64,000 nt of DNA from Gemmatimonadota bacterium (GTDB taxonomy: Bacteria > Gemmatimonadota > Gemmatimonadetes > Longimicrobiales > Gaopeijiaceae), in the NCBI GenBank assembly GCA_034521595.1, contig JAXHMG010000003.1:1856001-1920000 (forward strand). The letters run 5' to 3'. Below, piece after piece: positions 12,248 to 21,201 of the stretch; within the stretch, counting starts at the first letter, position 1, and every line of letters begins with the position of its first letter. The notes under the pieces were generated by a model, which saw only the letters and a program-made list of their open reading frames with translations, was not told where the DNA came from and ran no database searches. Made by a program: the position numbers and the translations under genes.

Positions 12248-13462
12248 TCAGCGCTTCTCGACGGAGAGGGCAACGGCGTTTCCGCCTCCGAGGCACAGCG
12301 TGGCCAGCCCCGTGTCGACGTCCTTCTGTGCCATGGCATTCAGGAGCGTGACGAGAATCCGCGTCCCCGAAGCTCCGATGGGATGCCCGAGCGCGACCGC
12401 GCCGCCGTTCACGTTGACCCGCTCCTCGTCCATTCCCAGCGCCCGCATGTCGGCGATCGCCTGGACCGCGAACGCTTCGTTCACCTCGAAAAGCCCGTAG
12501 TCGCCGATGGCCTTCCCTTCACGCGTCATCAGCTTCTGGACCGCGTCGACGGGCGCGAAGAAGAGGTCTTCCGGCTCGGTAGCGCCCGAAGCGTATCCGG
12601 AGATCACGGCGTCGTACTCCAGGCCGTGCGCCTGTGCGTACTCCAGCGAGGCGACGACGACCGCCGCGGCCCCGTCGTTGAGGCCCGGCGCGTTCCCCGC
12701 TGTCACGACGTGCTCCTCGATATCGTCCGGCGCGTCCCGCACGAAGGCGGGGCGCAGCTTGCCGAGCGCCTCCAGCGACGTGTCGGCGCGCGGACCCTCG
12801 TCCGTGTCCACGACGGTGACGCCGCGGCGGCCCTTCACTTCGACCGGCACGATCTCGTCCCGGAACCGGCCGCCCTCGATGGCTTCGACCGCTTTCTGAT
12901 GGGAGCGGAGACTGAAGGCATCGGCATCTTCGCGGGAGACCTCGGCCTTCTGTGCCGTATACTCGGCGTGTCCGCCCATGTGACAGTTGCCGAACGAGCA
13001 CCAGAGCCCGTCGAGAATCAGCCCGTCCTGCATCTTCTGATCCCCGAACTTGACGCCGTTCCTCATCCCTCGGACATAGTGCGGCGCGTTCGACATCGAT
13101 TCCATTCCCCCGGCCACCACCAGGCGCGCGTCCCCGGCGCGGACCGCCTGCGCGGCGAGCATCACCGCCTTGAGACCGGACCCGCACACCTTGTTCACGG
13201 TGACGGCGGGAATCGTCGCCGGTAGCCCACTGTTGACCGCCGCCTGGCGGGCGGGCGCCTGCCCCTCCCCCGCCGTCACGACGTTTCCGACGATCGCCTC
13301 CTCGATGTCGCCGACGTCGACGCCGGCGCGCTCGACCGCGGCACGGATGGCGATCGACCCGAGATCCGGAGCGGACACCGGGCCGAGCCCTCCGAGGAAG
13401 CGTCCGACGGGCGTGCGTGCGCCCCCCTTGAGAATGACCGCGGTCTTGGATGCGTCAGCCAT
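12248..13462 (-). CDS. Acetyl-CoA C-acyltransferase (thiolase)
   Basis: NKVCGSG, GGMESMS, NEAFA, GHPIGASG, CLGGG; start at ATG 13462. Confidence 0.96.
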   Translation of the reverse strand: MADASKTAVILKGGARTPVGRFLGGLGPVSAPDLGSIAIRAAVERAGVDVGDIEEAIVGNVVTAGEGQAPARQAAVNSGLPATIPAVTVNKVCGSGLKAVMLAAQAVRAGDARLVVAGGMESMSNAPHYVRGMRNGVKFGDQKMQDGLILDGLWCSFGNCHMGGHAEYTAQKAEVSREDADAFSLRSHQKAVEAIEGGRFRDEIVPVEVKGRRGVTVVDTDEGPRADTSLEALGKLRPAFVRDAPDDIEEHVVTAGNAPGLNDGAAAVVVASLEYAQAHGLEYDAVISGYASGATEPEDLFFAPVDAVQKLMTREGKAIGDYGLFEVNEAFAVQAIADMRALGMDEERVNVNGGAVALGHPIGASGTRILVTLLNAMAQKDVDTGLATLCLGGGNAVALSVEKR

Positions 13463-13510
13463 ATCGTTCCTGAACCCCTTGATGTCCGGATCGTCGTCTG
13501 CGTTCGAGAG

Positions 13511-13574
13511 CTCCGGGTGCGCTCTGGAGCGAACCCGGAGAGCCACCAAGATACCCAAAAATACGGTAAGTCAA
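13511..13574 (-). promoter_or_regulatory. Candidate thiolase promoter plus 5' UTR hairpin
   Basis: TTGACT (13569-13574) N15 TATCTT (13548-13553), a short spacer; hairpin CTCCGGGT...ACCCGGAG at 13511-13540. Confidence 0.4.
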
Positions 13575-13604
13575 AGGACGAGCCCGCCGAGCGCTGACCG
13601 TTGC

Positions 13605-14495
13605 TCAGCCCGTGCTTCCCTCGCGCAGCGCCGGACGGTCCGCGTCGGGATCCAGCCGTCCCCACGCCGTCACCGGGTCGTGCTCGAACACGAGCAGCCA
13701 GTCCTCCTCGAGCGCCCGCGGCCACAGCCCCCGCTTCGACTCCAACGTCACGAGCGGCTCGAGGTCGTATCCCATGATCCACGGAAGCGGCAAGTGCGCG
13801 GTCGTGGGGCACACGTCGGCGAGGAAGCACGCGGTTTCGCCGTCGCTCTGCACCAGCACCGACTGGTGGTGCGGGGTGTGGCCGGGCGTCGGAAGCACGC
13901 TCACGCCTTCGGTGATCTCGGCCTCTCCCCGCACGAGATCCCACAGCCCCGCATCCGTCACGGGCTGGTGGTTCGCCTCCAGGTAGCTGGCCCGGATGCG
14001 CTCGTTCCGGCTCCGGGCCAGCTCGAGCTCACCCTCCTGCACCACGTAGCGTGCGTCCGGAAACGCGGGCCGCACGATTCCGTCCGCTCCGAGCACGGTG
14101 TTCCCGCCCGCGTGGTCGAAGTGGAGGTGGGTGTCGAGCATGATGTCGATGTCCGACGGCTCGAAGCCGACGTCGCGGATCGCGTCTTCCAGGCGGGTCG
14201 GATTTCCCTCGTTCTGCACGCCGTAGATGTCCCGGAACTTCTCGTCCTGCTTGTTGCCGATGCCGTTGTCGACGAGAACCAGGGCGTTGGGGGCCTCCAC
14301 GAGCAGGCAGCGAAGCGCGAGCGGAATGCGGTTGCGCTCGTCGGCCGGAATCCGCTTTTCCCAGAGGGGCTTGGGAACCACCCCGAACATGGCGCCCCCG
14401 TCCAGCCACTGCAGACCGGCTTCGAGCGCGTGGATGCGGATGGAGCCGATCCGGGTGGTGCGGCTCAGCGGTAGATCCTGGATGTCACGGGTCAT
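13605..14495 (-). CDS. MBL-fold metallo-hydrolase (YtnP-like)
   Basis: LDGGAMFGVVPK, THLHFDHAGG, GHTPHH, HDP; ATGA overlap with the upstream gene. Confidence 0.92.
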   Translation of the reverse strand: MTRDIQDLPLSRTTRIGSIRIHALEAGLQWLDGGAMFGVVPKPLWEKRIPADERNRIPLALRCLLVEAPNALVLVDNGIGNKQDEKFRDIYGVQNEGNPTRLEDAIRDVGFEPSDIDIMLDTHLHFDHAGGNTVLGADGIVRPAFPDARYVVQEGELELARSRNERIRASYLEANHQPVTDAGLWDLVRGEAEITEGVSVLPTPGHTPHHQSVLVQSDGETACFLADVCPTTAHLPLPWIMGYDLEPLVTLESKRGLWPRALEEDWLLVFEHDPVTAWGRLDPDADRPALREGSTG

Positions 14496-15112
14496 AGGCC
14501 TTCCAACGAAAATTGATCGGGGTCGGAGTTGCGGCGCCGGCGTCGAGCATACCCCTCGAGCGCATCGAGGTCCGCGACGCCGAGGCCGGCCGCCTCGCCC
14601 AGGAGCCGGAGCAACACCCTCGCCGTGGCCAGCGCGTCTCCTTTGGCCCGGTGTCGCCCGTGGATGGGCACGCCGAAGTGCCGGCAAACGACGTCGAGGT
14701 TGCGGCGCTTCAGCTCGGGAACGAGCCGGCGCGCGAGCCGCACGGTGCAGAGGCGCCGCACGTCGGGGGCCTCTCCGAGCGCGTCGATGAGCTCGCGCGA
14801 AACGAAGCTCCAATCGAAGGTGACGTTATGGGCCACGAAGACCCGGCCCCGAACCCGCTCGGCCACCGCTTCCGCCACGTGCTCGAAGTAGGGCGCGTCC
14901 CGGACCATTCCGGTGCTGATGCCGGTGAGCGCCTCGATCCCCGGAGGGATGGCGCCCCCGGGATTGACCAGGGTCTCGTACTCCCTCGTGATGCATCCCC
15001 CCTGGACCTCGACGATCCCGATATCGATGACCCTGTGTCCTCGCCGGGCCGACCCGCCGGTGGTCTCGACATCCACCACGGCGAACGGGATCTCGTCGAG
15101 GGCCCCGGTCAC
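14492..15112 (-). CDS. DEDDh 3'-5' exonuclease (DnaQ/Pol III epsilon-like)
   Basis: DVETTG, AHNVTFD, HRAKGDA motifs. Confidence 0.92.
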   Translation of the reverse strand: MTGALDEIPFAVVDVETTGGSARRGHRVIDIGIVEVQGGCITREYETLVNPGGAIPPGIEALTGISTGMVRDAPYFEHVAEAVAERVRGRVFVAHNVTFDWSFVSRELIDALGEAPDVRRLCTVRLARRLVPELKRRNLDVVCRHFGVPIHGRHRAKGDALATARVLLRLLGEAAGLGVADLDALEGYARRRRRNSDPDQFSLEGL

Positions 15113-15768
15113 TCCGAGGCTCCTCCTGCCTGGGTGATCGCGAACGAGAGCGCTTCGAGCTCCATGACCAGGCTCACATCCTCCACGCGAACCTTATCGG
15201 GCACGCGAAGTCGAATGGGAGCGAAGTTCAAGATCCCTTTCACGCCCGCGTCCACGGCCCGGGCAGCCAGCTCCTGCGCGGCCGAGCCCGGCACCGCCAG
15301 AATCACGAGCTCCACGCGCTCGGCCCGCAGCACCTCTTCGAGATCGGCCGAATCGCGGATCGTGACATCGCCCCACCGGCGCCCGATCTTTTCCGGGTCG
15401 GCGTCGAAGACGGCCACGCAATCGTATCCGCGGACCTGGAAATCCGGATAGGAGAAGAGCGCCGAGCCGATGCGGCCGGCTCCGATGAGCCCGACGCGCC
15501 ACGTACGATCCACGCCGAGGATCTGTCGCAGTTGGTTGCGCAGCTCGTCCACCTGATAGCCCAGACCCCGCTTCCCGAACGATCCGAAGTGGGATAGGTC
15601 CTTCCGCACCTGCGCGGCGGTCGTCTGGCCCCGCGCCGCCAACTCCTCGCTGGATACGGTCGACTCGCCGCCTTCGCTCTCGAACTCCTCCAGCGATCTG
15701 AGGTAGTGCGACAGGCGCCGGACGGTGCTTTCAGGAATACGTCTGGATACCGGGGGACGGGTGATCAC
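15109..15768 (-). CDS. rex: Redox-sensing transcriptional repressor Rex
   Basis: IPESTVRRLSHY, QVRKDLSHFGSFGKRGLGY, GAGRIGSAL, GILNFAP. Confidence 0.97.
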   Translation of the reverse strand: MITRPPVSRRIPESTVRRLSHYLRSLEEFESEGGESTVSSEELAARGQTTAAQVRKDLSHFGSFGKRGLGYQVDELRNQLRQILGVDRTWRVGLIGAGRIGSALFSYPDFQVRGYDCVAVFDADPEKIGRRWGDVTIRDSADLEEVLRAERVELVILAVPGSAAQELAARAVDAGVKGILNFAPIRLRVPDKVRVEDVSLVMELEALSFAITQAGGASE

Positions 15769-15798
15769 GCGCGCTGAACGACGGAAGGAGGCGACGGC

Positions 15799-15816
15799 TT
15801 GTGAAAAAGTTCACAA
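15799..15816. promoter_or_regulatory. Rex operator
   Basis: TTGTGAA-AAAG-TTCACAA, a perfect match to the established TTGTGAA-N4-TTCACAA consensus, 30 bp upstream of rex. Confidence 0.92.
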
Positions 15817-15818
15817 AA

Positions 15819-15847
15819 AAATTAGGCCGCGTGACGCCTCAGGGCAA
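15819..15847 (-). promoter_or_regulatory. Candidate sigma70 promoter of rex
   Basis: TTGCCC (15842-15847) N17 TAATTT (15819-15824), immediately upstream of the operator. Confidence 0.6.
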
Positions 15848-16642
15848 CGCGAGGACGAGCTCGATGAACGCTTCCGGCGAAAGTCGCTCGGGTCGGTCGG
15901 TCAGGGTGATGTTCGCCCTCGCAGCGGCCTTTCGCGAGGCGGCTTCGGAGCACGAGATGTCGGGATGGTCACGCAGGATCGTCCCGAGCTGCTTCCGCCG
16001 CCACTGGAACGCGGCTCGCACCAGGGTCCTGAGGCGCGCCTCGATCTCGGGGGTCGTCCGCTCCGGCCGGAACGGCTCGATTCGGATGATCGCCGAGTCC
16101 ACCCGCGGCACGGGCCGAAACGCACCGCGTGCCACTTTGAAGAGCCTCGTGACGTGGGCCACGCTCCGCACCCCGACGGACAACGCACCGTACGCGCCCG
16201 TTCCGACCGGAGCGACGATGCGGTCGGCCACGTCGAGCTGGACCATGAGCACGATGACCGCCGGCCGCGGCCGCTCGAGGATCCGGAAGAGGATGGGCGT
16301 GGTGATGTTGTACGGGATGTTCCCGAGCACCCGGAGCGCGGAGGGATGCTCCACGTGATCGTTCAAGGGGGTCGTGAGCACGTCCCCGTGCACGACCTCG
16401 ACGTCGGAACGTCCCCGGAAGCGCGTTTGGAGATTCGCGGCGAGCGCGTCGTCGAGCTCCACGAGCACCAACCGCCGCACCCGTCCTTCCAGATGCTCGG
16501 TGAGCGCGCCCTGACCAGGGCCGATCTCCAGCACTTCGTCGTCCGGTCCGGCTTCCAGCGCCGCAACGATCTTGCGTTGGAGATTGGGATCGACGAGAAA
16601 GTTCTGGCCGAGGGACTTCTTCGCCCGAGGGCGCTCGGCCAT
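15839..16642 (-). CDS. rsmA: 16S rRNA m6,2A dimethyltransferase
   Basis: KKSLGQNFL, EIGPGQG, NIPYNI, FRPVPRVDS, RRKQL. Confidence 0.97.
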   Translation of the reverse strand: MAERPRAKKSLGQNFLVDPNLQRKIVAALEAGPDDEVLEIGPGQGALTEHLEGRVRRLVLVELDDALAANLQTRFRGRSDVEVVHGDVLTTPLNDHVEHPSALRVLGNIPYNITTPILFRILERPRPAVIVLMVQLDVADRIVAPVGTGAYGALSVGVRSVAHVTRLFKVARGAFRPVPRVDSAIIRIEPFRPERTTPEIEARLRTLVRAAFQWRRKQLGTILRDHPDISCSEAASRKAAARANITLTDRPERLSPEAFIELVLALP

Positions 16643-16650
16643 GCCGCGAC

Positions 16651-18240
16651 TCAGACGCGGACGGCGAGCGCCGTCCGGTCGTCGCCCAGCGAGGGCCGCT
16701 GCTCGACCTGGTCCGTCAGGTCGAAGAGCGCGCGGATGATATCTTCCGGGCTGGAGAATCGCGTGCGAACCGCCGTCTCGAGCACGAGCCGCTCGCCGTT
16801 CCCACGGCTCGTCGTGGTCAGGGCGTCGGACAACCCGTCCGTGAACAGGAGGAGAACGTCCTCTCCAGCACGCCAGGAGCGAGACGTCTCGTGGTACGCA
16901 TCGCTTCCGGCGAAGCCCACCGGAGGATCCGTGGCGCCCAGCCGGTCCGTCGATCCCTCGGGCTCCACGGCGAAGGCGTGCGGATGCCCCGCGTTCGCGT
17001 AGACGAGGGTCCCCGCGGCCGGATCGATGACGCCGTAGAACACGGTGAGGAACATCTCGGTGGTCTCGAGCTCGTCCCGGAGGGCGTCGTCGAGCCCGCG
17101 GAGGACCGCGGCCGGGGAATCGTGCTCTCGCGCGTAGATCCCCGCGGCGCTCATGGCGAGCGTCATGATGAGCGCCGAGGGAAAGCCGTGCAGGGACACG
17201 TCCCCGAGCATGACCCCCACCCGACCACCCGAGAGCTCGAAGAGCTGGTAGAAATCCCCGCCCACCTGCTCGGTGGGCTGAACCCGCCCGGCCGCCTGGG
17301 CCGCCTCGAAGGCGGAGGGGTCGGGCAGCAGCTTCATCTGAAGGTCGTGGGCGAGCTCCATCTCCCGGACCATGCGCTCCCGGGAAAGCGTCTTGCGGAC
17401 CAGCCGGTTGTTCTCGATCGCGGCTCCGACCTGGGACGCGATCGCCGCGAGCAGCCGTTGGTTGGCCGCGTTGAAGCGGCTCCCGTCCCGGCGGCCGATG
17501 AGGTTCATGACTCCTACCGTCCGCGAGCCTCCTTGCCCCGGCGAATACCGGATTGGAACCGATAGGAACGAATCGCCCTCGCCTCCACTGTCCCGCTCAC
17601 CCGGAGTCGCCATCCGAGTCGCGATGAGGGACCGTCCTTCCCTGAAGACCATGGCCGTGATGGTATCCGGCTCGTCCGGGGAAACCGGTGCCTCTCGCCC
17701 GTCCTCTCCCACCTCCGCTGCGAGGTGCAGAGCGTCCGTCGTGGACCGGTGCACCCATATCGAGCCCCGCTTCGCGCCCATGACGTCACGGACTTCGTCG
17801 AGGATCTTGTGGGCGCCGTCCACCAAGTCGAGCGTGGATCCGAGGGTCTCGCTGATCGAATAGAGGAGGTTGATCTCTTCGAACCGCTCGGAGAGCTCGG
17901 CCGTGAACTGCTGAAGCTCCCGACCGGTGCGGGTCGCGTACGCGAGCATGGGCGCGAGCACCCCCACCGCGTCTTCAGCGTCGGGCGCGCCCGACGTCCC
18001 GACCTGGAGCTCGTACTCTTCGTCCGGGCCTTCGATGACGGTGCTGACGTAGGTGCGCTCTTCGGTCGCGCTTGCCGCGTCACCGTCCTCCGAGACGTAA
18101 AGGAGCTCGGACGGCGCTTCGGATTCGTTCGGCACCGTGGTCAGCCGCACGCGCGCTCCGAAACGCTCTTCGAAGGCCCTGACCGACTCGAGGAATGGTT
18201 CCGGCAGGATCCCGTGGACCCACCGGTCCGAAGGGCTCAC
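16651..18240 (-). CDS. GAF + PP2C (SpoIIE/RsbU-type) serine phosphatase
   Basis: GAF domain, AHDLQMKLLP, GGDFY, GDVS, NAGH, FTDGL, DDRT; GTG start overlaps the upstream stop. Confidence 0.9.
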   Translation of the reverse strand: MSPSDRWVHGILPEPFLESVRAFEERFGARVRLTTVPNESEAPSELLYVSEDGDAASATEERTYVSTVIEGPDEEYELQVGTSGAPDAEDAVGVLAPMLAYATRTGRELQQFTAELSERFEEINLLYSISETLGSTLDLVDGAHKILDEVRDVMGAKRGSIWVHRSTTDALHLAAEVGEDGREAPVSPDEPDTITAMVFREGRSLIATRMATPGERDSGGEGDSFLSVPIRYSPGQGGSRTVGVMNLIGRRDGSRFNAANQRLLAAIASQVGAAIENNRLVRKTLSRERMVREMELAHDLQMKLLPDPSAFEAAQAAGRVQPTEQVGGDFYQLFELSGGRVGVMLGDVSLHGFPSALIMTLAMSAAGIYAREHDSPAAVLRGLDDALRDELETTEMFLTVFYGVIDPAAGTLVYANAGHPHAFAVEPEGSTDRLGATDPPVGFAGSDAYHETSRSWRAGEDVLLLFTDGLSDALTTTSRGNGERLVLETAVRTRFSSPEDIIRALFDLTDQVEQRPSLGDDRTALAVRV

Positions 18241-18689
18241 GCCTGAACGCCGCCCTCGAGGGCGTCGCCCGAGTCGAATCTGAGGACGAGCGTCACCTGA
18301 TTCCCGCGATCGTTGAACCAGACTTCGTCCAGCAGCTCTCGCATGAGAAAGAGGCCGCGGCCGCAAGGCTTGCTGAGGTTCGCCGGCTCGGTGGGATCCG
18401 GCACCGAGCCCGGATCGAAGCCCCTTCCCTGGTCGGTGACGCGCGCTTCCAACTGCCCGTGTCCCAGCGTGATCTCCACCTTGACGCTCTTGTCGGGATC
18501 GTGGCCGTTCCCGTACATCATCGCGTTGGAGAGGGCTTCGGTGAGGGCGACCCGGAAATTCAGATCGAGCTTATGGGCTTTGGCGCGACAGTCGCGGCAC
18601 CGGAGCACCACATACTCCACCACCCGCTCGATGGAGCGGATATCGGAGGGCAACTCCAGAACGATGTCGCGATCCGTCGGTAACGGCAT
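18237..18689 (-). CDS. RsbW/SpoIIAB-type anti-sigma factor serine kinase
   Basis: EALSNAMMYG (N box), DQGRGFD, GRGLFLM; alternative start at 18707. Confidence 0.9.
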   Translation of the reverse strand: MPLPTDRDIVLELPSDIRSIERVVEYVVLRCRDCRAKAHKLDLNFRVALTEALSNAMMYGNGHDPDKSVKVEITLGHGQLEARVTDQGRGFDPGSVPDPTEPANLSKPCGRGLFLMRELLDEVWFNDRGNQVTLVLRFDSGDALEGGVQA

Positions 18690-18703
18690 CTTCCCGTGCT
18701 CGA

Positions 18704-19036
18704 TCAAAAGCCTTCCATGGCTTCGTCCTTCGTATCCGCGATCCGGAAGAGCGTGTCGAGCTTGGTCAGCTCGAAGAGGGTCCGCAGGTCCTCGTTCAGG
18801 CTGGACAGCCGCAGCTCTCCGCCCTGCTCCCGGATCTTCTTGGACAGGCTCACCAGCACCCCGAGCCCCGAAGAATCGATATACCCCGTATTCGAGAAGT
18901 CGATGACGAACTTCCGGTCCCCCTTGTCCAATCGCTCGAGCACCTGCTGCTTGAGCTCCTGGCGATTGCCGACGATGAGCTGGCCCTCGACTTCGACGAG
19001 CGTGATCTCACCGTTCTGCGACACCTGAAAGCCCAT
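18704..19036 (-). CDS. RsbV/SpoIIAA-type STAS anti-anti-sigma factor
   Basis: YIDSSGLGVL phospho-Ser motif, LFELTKLD; start at ATG 19036. Confidence 0.93.
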   Translation of the reverse strand: MGFQVSQNGEITLVEVEGQLIVGNRQELKQQVLERLDKGDRKFVIDFSNTGYIDSSGLGVLVSLSKKIREQGGELRLSSLNEDLRTLFELTKLDTLFRIADTKDEAMEGF

Positions 19037-19117
19037 GGGCTGGATGCTCCCTGATAGGGAAGTTGGGATACGTAGGGCGCCCTCGCGAGCGTGCGACGGC
19101 ATGCATCGACGAGAACA

Positions 19118-19147
19118 ATTGTAAAAAAGATACGAACCCGCGGGCAA
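19118..19147 (-). promoter_or_regulatory. Candidate sigma70 promoter for the STAS/kinase/phosphatase operon
   Basis: TTGCCC (19142-19147) N18 TACAAT (19118-19123) in an AT-rich intergenic patch. Confidence 0.5.
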
Positions 19148-19164
19148 GGAACGGACGCGTCGCG

Positions 19165-20166
19165 CTACCCGGCCAGGAGCGAGGTCACGCACGATACGGC
19201 GAGAATATCGGACGGCGTCGCGCCACGCGACAGGTCGTTGCACGGCCGGCTCAGCCCCTGCAGGATCGGGCCGATCGCCTGGGCGCCCCCGAGGTACTGT
19301 ACGAGCTTGTAGGCGATGTTCGCAGCGTCGAGGTCGGGGAAGACCAGCACGTTCGCTCGGCCCGCCACGGACGACCCCGGCGCCTTCCGGCTTCCCACCG
19401 CCTCGGAGAGCGCCGCGTCACCCTGTAGCTCCCCGTCGGCGGCCACGTCGGGCTGGAGCTCCCGGAACCGGGCGACCGCATCCCGCACGAGATCGACAGC
19501 CGGCCCCGAGGCCGACCCCTTCGTGGAATACGAGAGGAACGCGACGCGCGGCTCGTCTCCGACGACTTTCCGGCGCGCACGGGCGGCGGCCACGCCGATC
19601 TCGGCGAGCTGCGCCGACGTGGGCGAAGGCACGACCGCCGCGTCGGTGAAGGTCAGCACCGAAGGCCCGTGAGAGTGATCCTCGCCGAACGCCATATAGA
19701 ACGAGGAACTCACCGTGTCGATCCCTTCCGCCGTTCCCACACCCCGGAGCGCGGCGACCACCACGTCGCCGGTGGTGCGCACCGAGCCGGCGACCGAGGC
19801 GGCCGCCTCACCCGTGTGCACCATGAGCGCTCCCTGGAGGAGCGGATCCCGCACCAACTCCTCCGCGCGCCGAGCCGGCTTGCCCACCGCATTCCGGATC
19901 TCCGTGAATACCGACCGGTACCGTTCCAGCCGCACGCCATCCCCCGGATCCCGGATTTCGGCCCGACCCGGGTCGATCCCCGCGTGACGGAGTCCGTCGG
20001 CCACCTCGTCGGGCGGGCCGATCAGAACCGCGTCGAAGAGCCCCTCGCGCACCCCTTCGGCGACCGCCTGTTGCACGCGAGGCTCTTCGCCTTCCGGAAA
20101 GACCAATGTTCGTCGGGCCTCGCGCGCGGCGCTCCGGACCCGGTCCAGGAAGGTCCCGTCACTCAT
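19165..20166 (-). CDS. pta: Phosphate acetyltransferase (short Pta)
   Basis: LVFPEGEE, AFLSYSTKGS, DGELQGDAA, FPDLDAANIAYK, NDLSRG. Confidence 0.92.
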   Translation of the reverse strand: MSDGTFLDRVRSAAREARRTLVFPEGEEPRVQQAVAEGVREGLFDAVLIGPPDEVADGLRHAGIDPGRAEIRDPGDGVRLERYRSVFTEIRNAVGKPARRAEELVRDPLLQGALMVHTGEAAASVAGSVRTTGDVVVAALRGVGTAEGIDTVSSSFYMAFGEDHSHGPSVLTFTDAAVVPSPTSAQLAEIGVAAARARRKVVGDEPRVAFLSYSTKGSASGPAVDLVRDAVARFRELQPDVAADGELQGDAALSEAVGSRKAPGSSVAGRANVLVFPDLDAANIAYKLVQYLGGAQAIGPILQGLSRPCNDLSRGATPSDILAVSCVTSLLAG

Positions 20167-20684
20167 CCTTCGAGCTTCCGCTCGAGCTGCTCCAACACCG
20201 GAGCCGAGACGAAGCTCGACACGTCCCCACCGAGGGACGCGACCTCGCGGACGAGCGACGAAGAGATGAAGGAGTAGCGCGCCTCGGGCACGAGAAAGAG
20301 GGACTCGACGTCCGGCCAAAGCTCCTGATTCATCTGCGCCATTTGAAGCTCGTACTCGAAATCGGAGATCGCCCTCAGCCCCCGCACGATGAAATGGCCG
20401 CCCACCTCTCGAGCGAAATCGACGAGGAGGCCCTGGAACGGGTGCACCTCGACCCGGGGCTCGTCGGCGAAGACGCCTCGGATGAGCTCGACTCGTTCCT
20501 CCACCGAGAACAGGCCTTGCTTGGTATGCGTGGCCGTGCGCGCGACCCCGATCACGAGGCGATCCACCAGCCGGAGCGTCCGCCGGGCGATGTCTTCGTG
20601 CCCCCGCGTGATCGGGTCGAACGAGCCCGGATAGAGGCCGACGATCGGGTCAGGTCGGGCGGTCGTCCGTGTCCGTGTCGTCAT
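20163..20684 (-). CDS. coaD: Phosphopantetheine adenylyltransferase
   Basis: YPGSFDPITRGH, VRGLR, DFEYE, ISSSLVRE. Confidence 0.97.
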   Translation of the reverse strand: MTTRTRTTARPDPIVGLYPGSFDPITRGHEDIARRTLRLVDRLVIGVARTATHTKQGLFSVEERVELIRGVFADEPRVEVHPFQGLLVDFAREVGGHFIVRGLRAISDFEYELQMAQMNQELWPDVESLFLVPEARYSFISSSLVREVASLGGDVSSFVSAPVLEQLERKLEG

Positions 20685-21201
20685 GGTCCGTGAGGGTCGT
20701 TAGTGCGGTGTCCCCGTACCGTCGGGTGCGGGCGTGGGTGGGGAGCGGGATCGGGTCCCGCCAAGAATGTTCGACCCAGAGGGTACGAGCAACCGGCCGC
20801 GACAGGAAGCGCTCGACGAGCATACGCGCGTCGTTCGTCCCGTAGGGCGGGTCGGCCAGCGCCATATCGAATCGGAGGGGCTCGCGGTCCAGAAACCGGA
20901 AGACGTCGTCGCTTACGACCGTCACCTCGTCCTCGGCACCGAGCGCGGCCACGTTGGCACGGAGCGCCTCGAGGGCTACACGGCTCCGTTCCACGAACAC
21001 CACTTCCGCGGCGCCACGGCTGAGCGCTTCCAAGCCCAGCGCCCCGGACCCCGCGAAGAGGTCGAGCACGCGCGCGCCGGGCAGCTCGGGGGCGGCCGCC
21101 GACATCCACGCCTCCCGCACCCGGTCGGTCGTCGGACGCACGGATCGTCCCCGGGGCGCCTTCAAGCGGCGTCCTCCCCACTTCCCCGCCACGATTCTCA
21201 C
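20650..21201 (-). CDS. rsmD: 16S rRNA m2G966 methyltransferase
   Basis: RIVAG, RPTTDRVRE, LDLFAGSGALGLEALSRG, DPPY. Confidence 0.95.
   Translation of the reverse strand: MRIVAGKWGGRRLKAPRGRSVRPTTDRVREAWMSAAAPELPGARVLDLFAGSGALGLEALSRGAAEVVFVERSRVALEALRANVAALGAEDEVTVVSDDVFRFLDREPLRFDMALADPPYGTNDARMLVERFLSRPVARTLWVEHSWRDPIPLPTHARTRRYGDTALTTLTDHDDTDTDDRPT

Noticed and set aside
13511..13540. REP-like family shared with the hairpins at 94-119 and 5357-5400
   Set aside because: Similarity is limited to short GC-rich stems and is compatible with chance
13605..15112. MBL hydrolase plus exonuclease as an anti-phage system
   Set aside because: Housekeeping context, YtnP-like motifs, host-like composition and no defence neighbours
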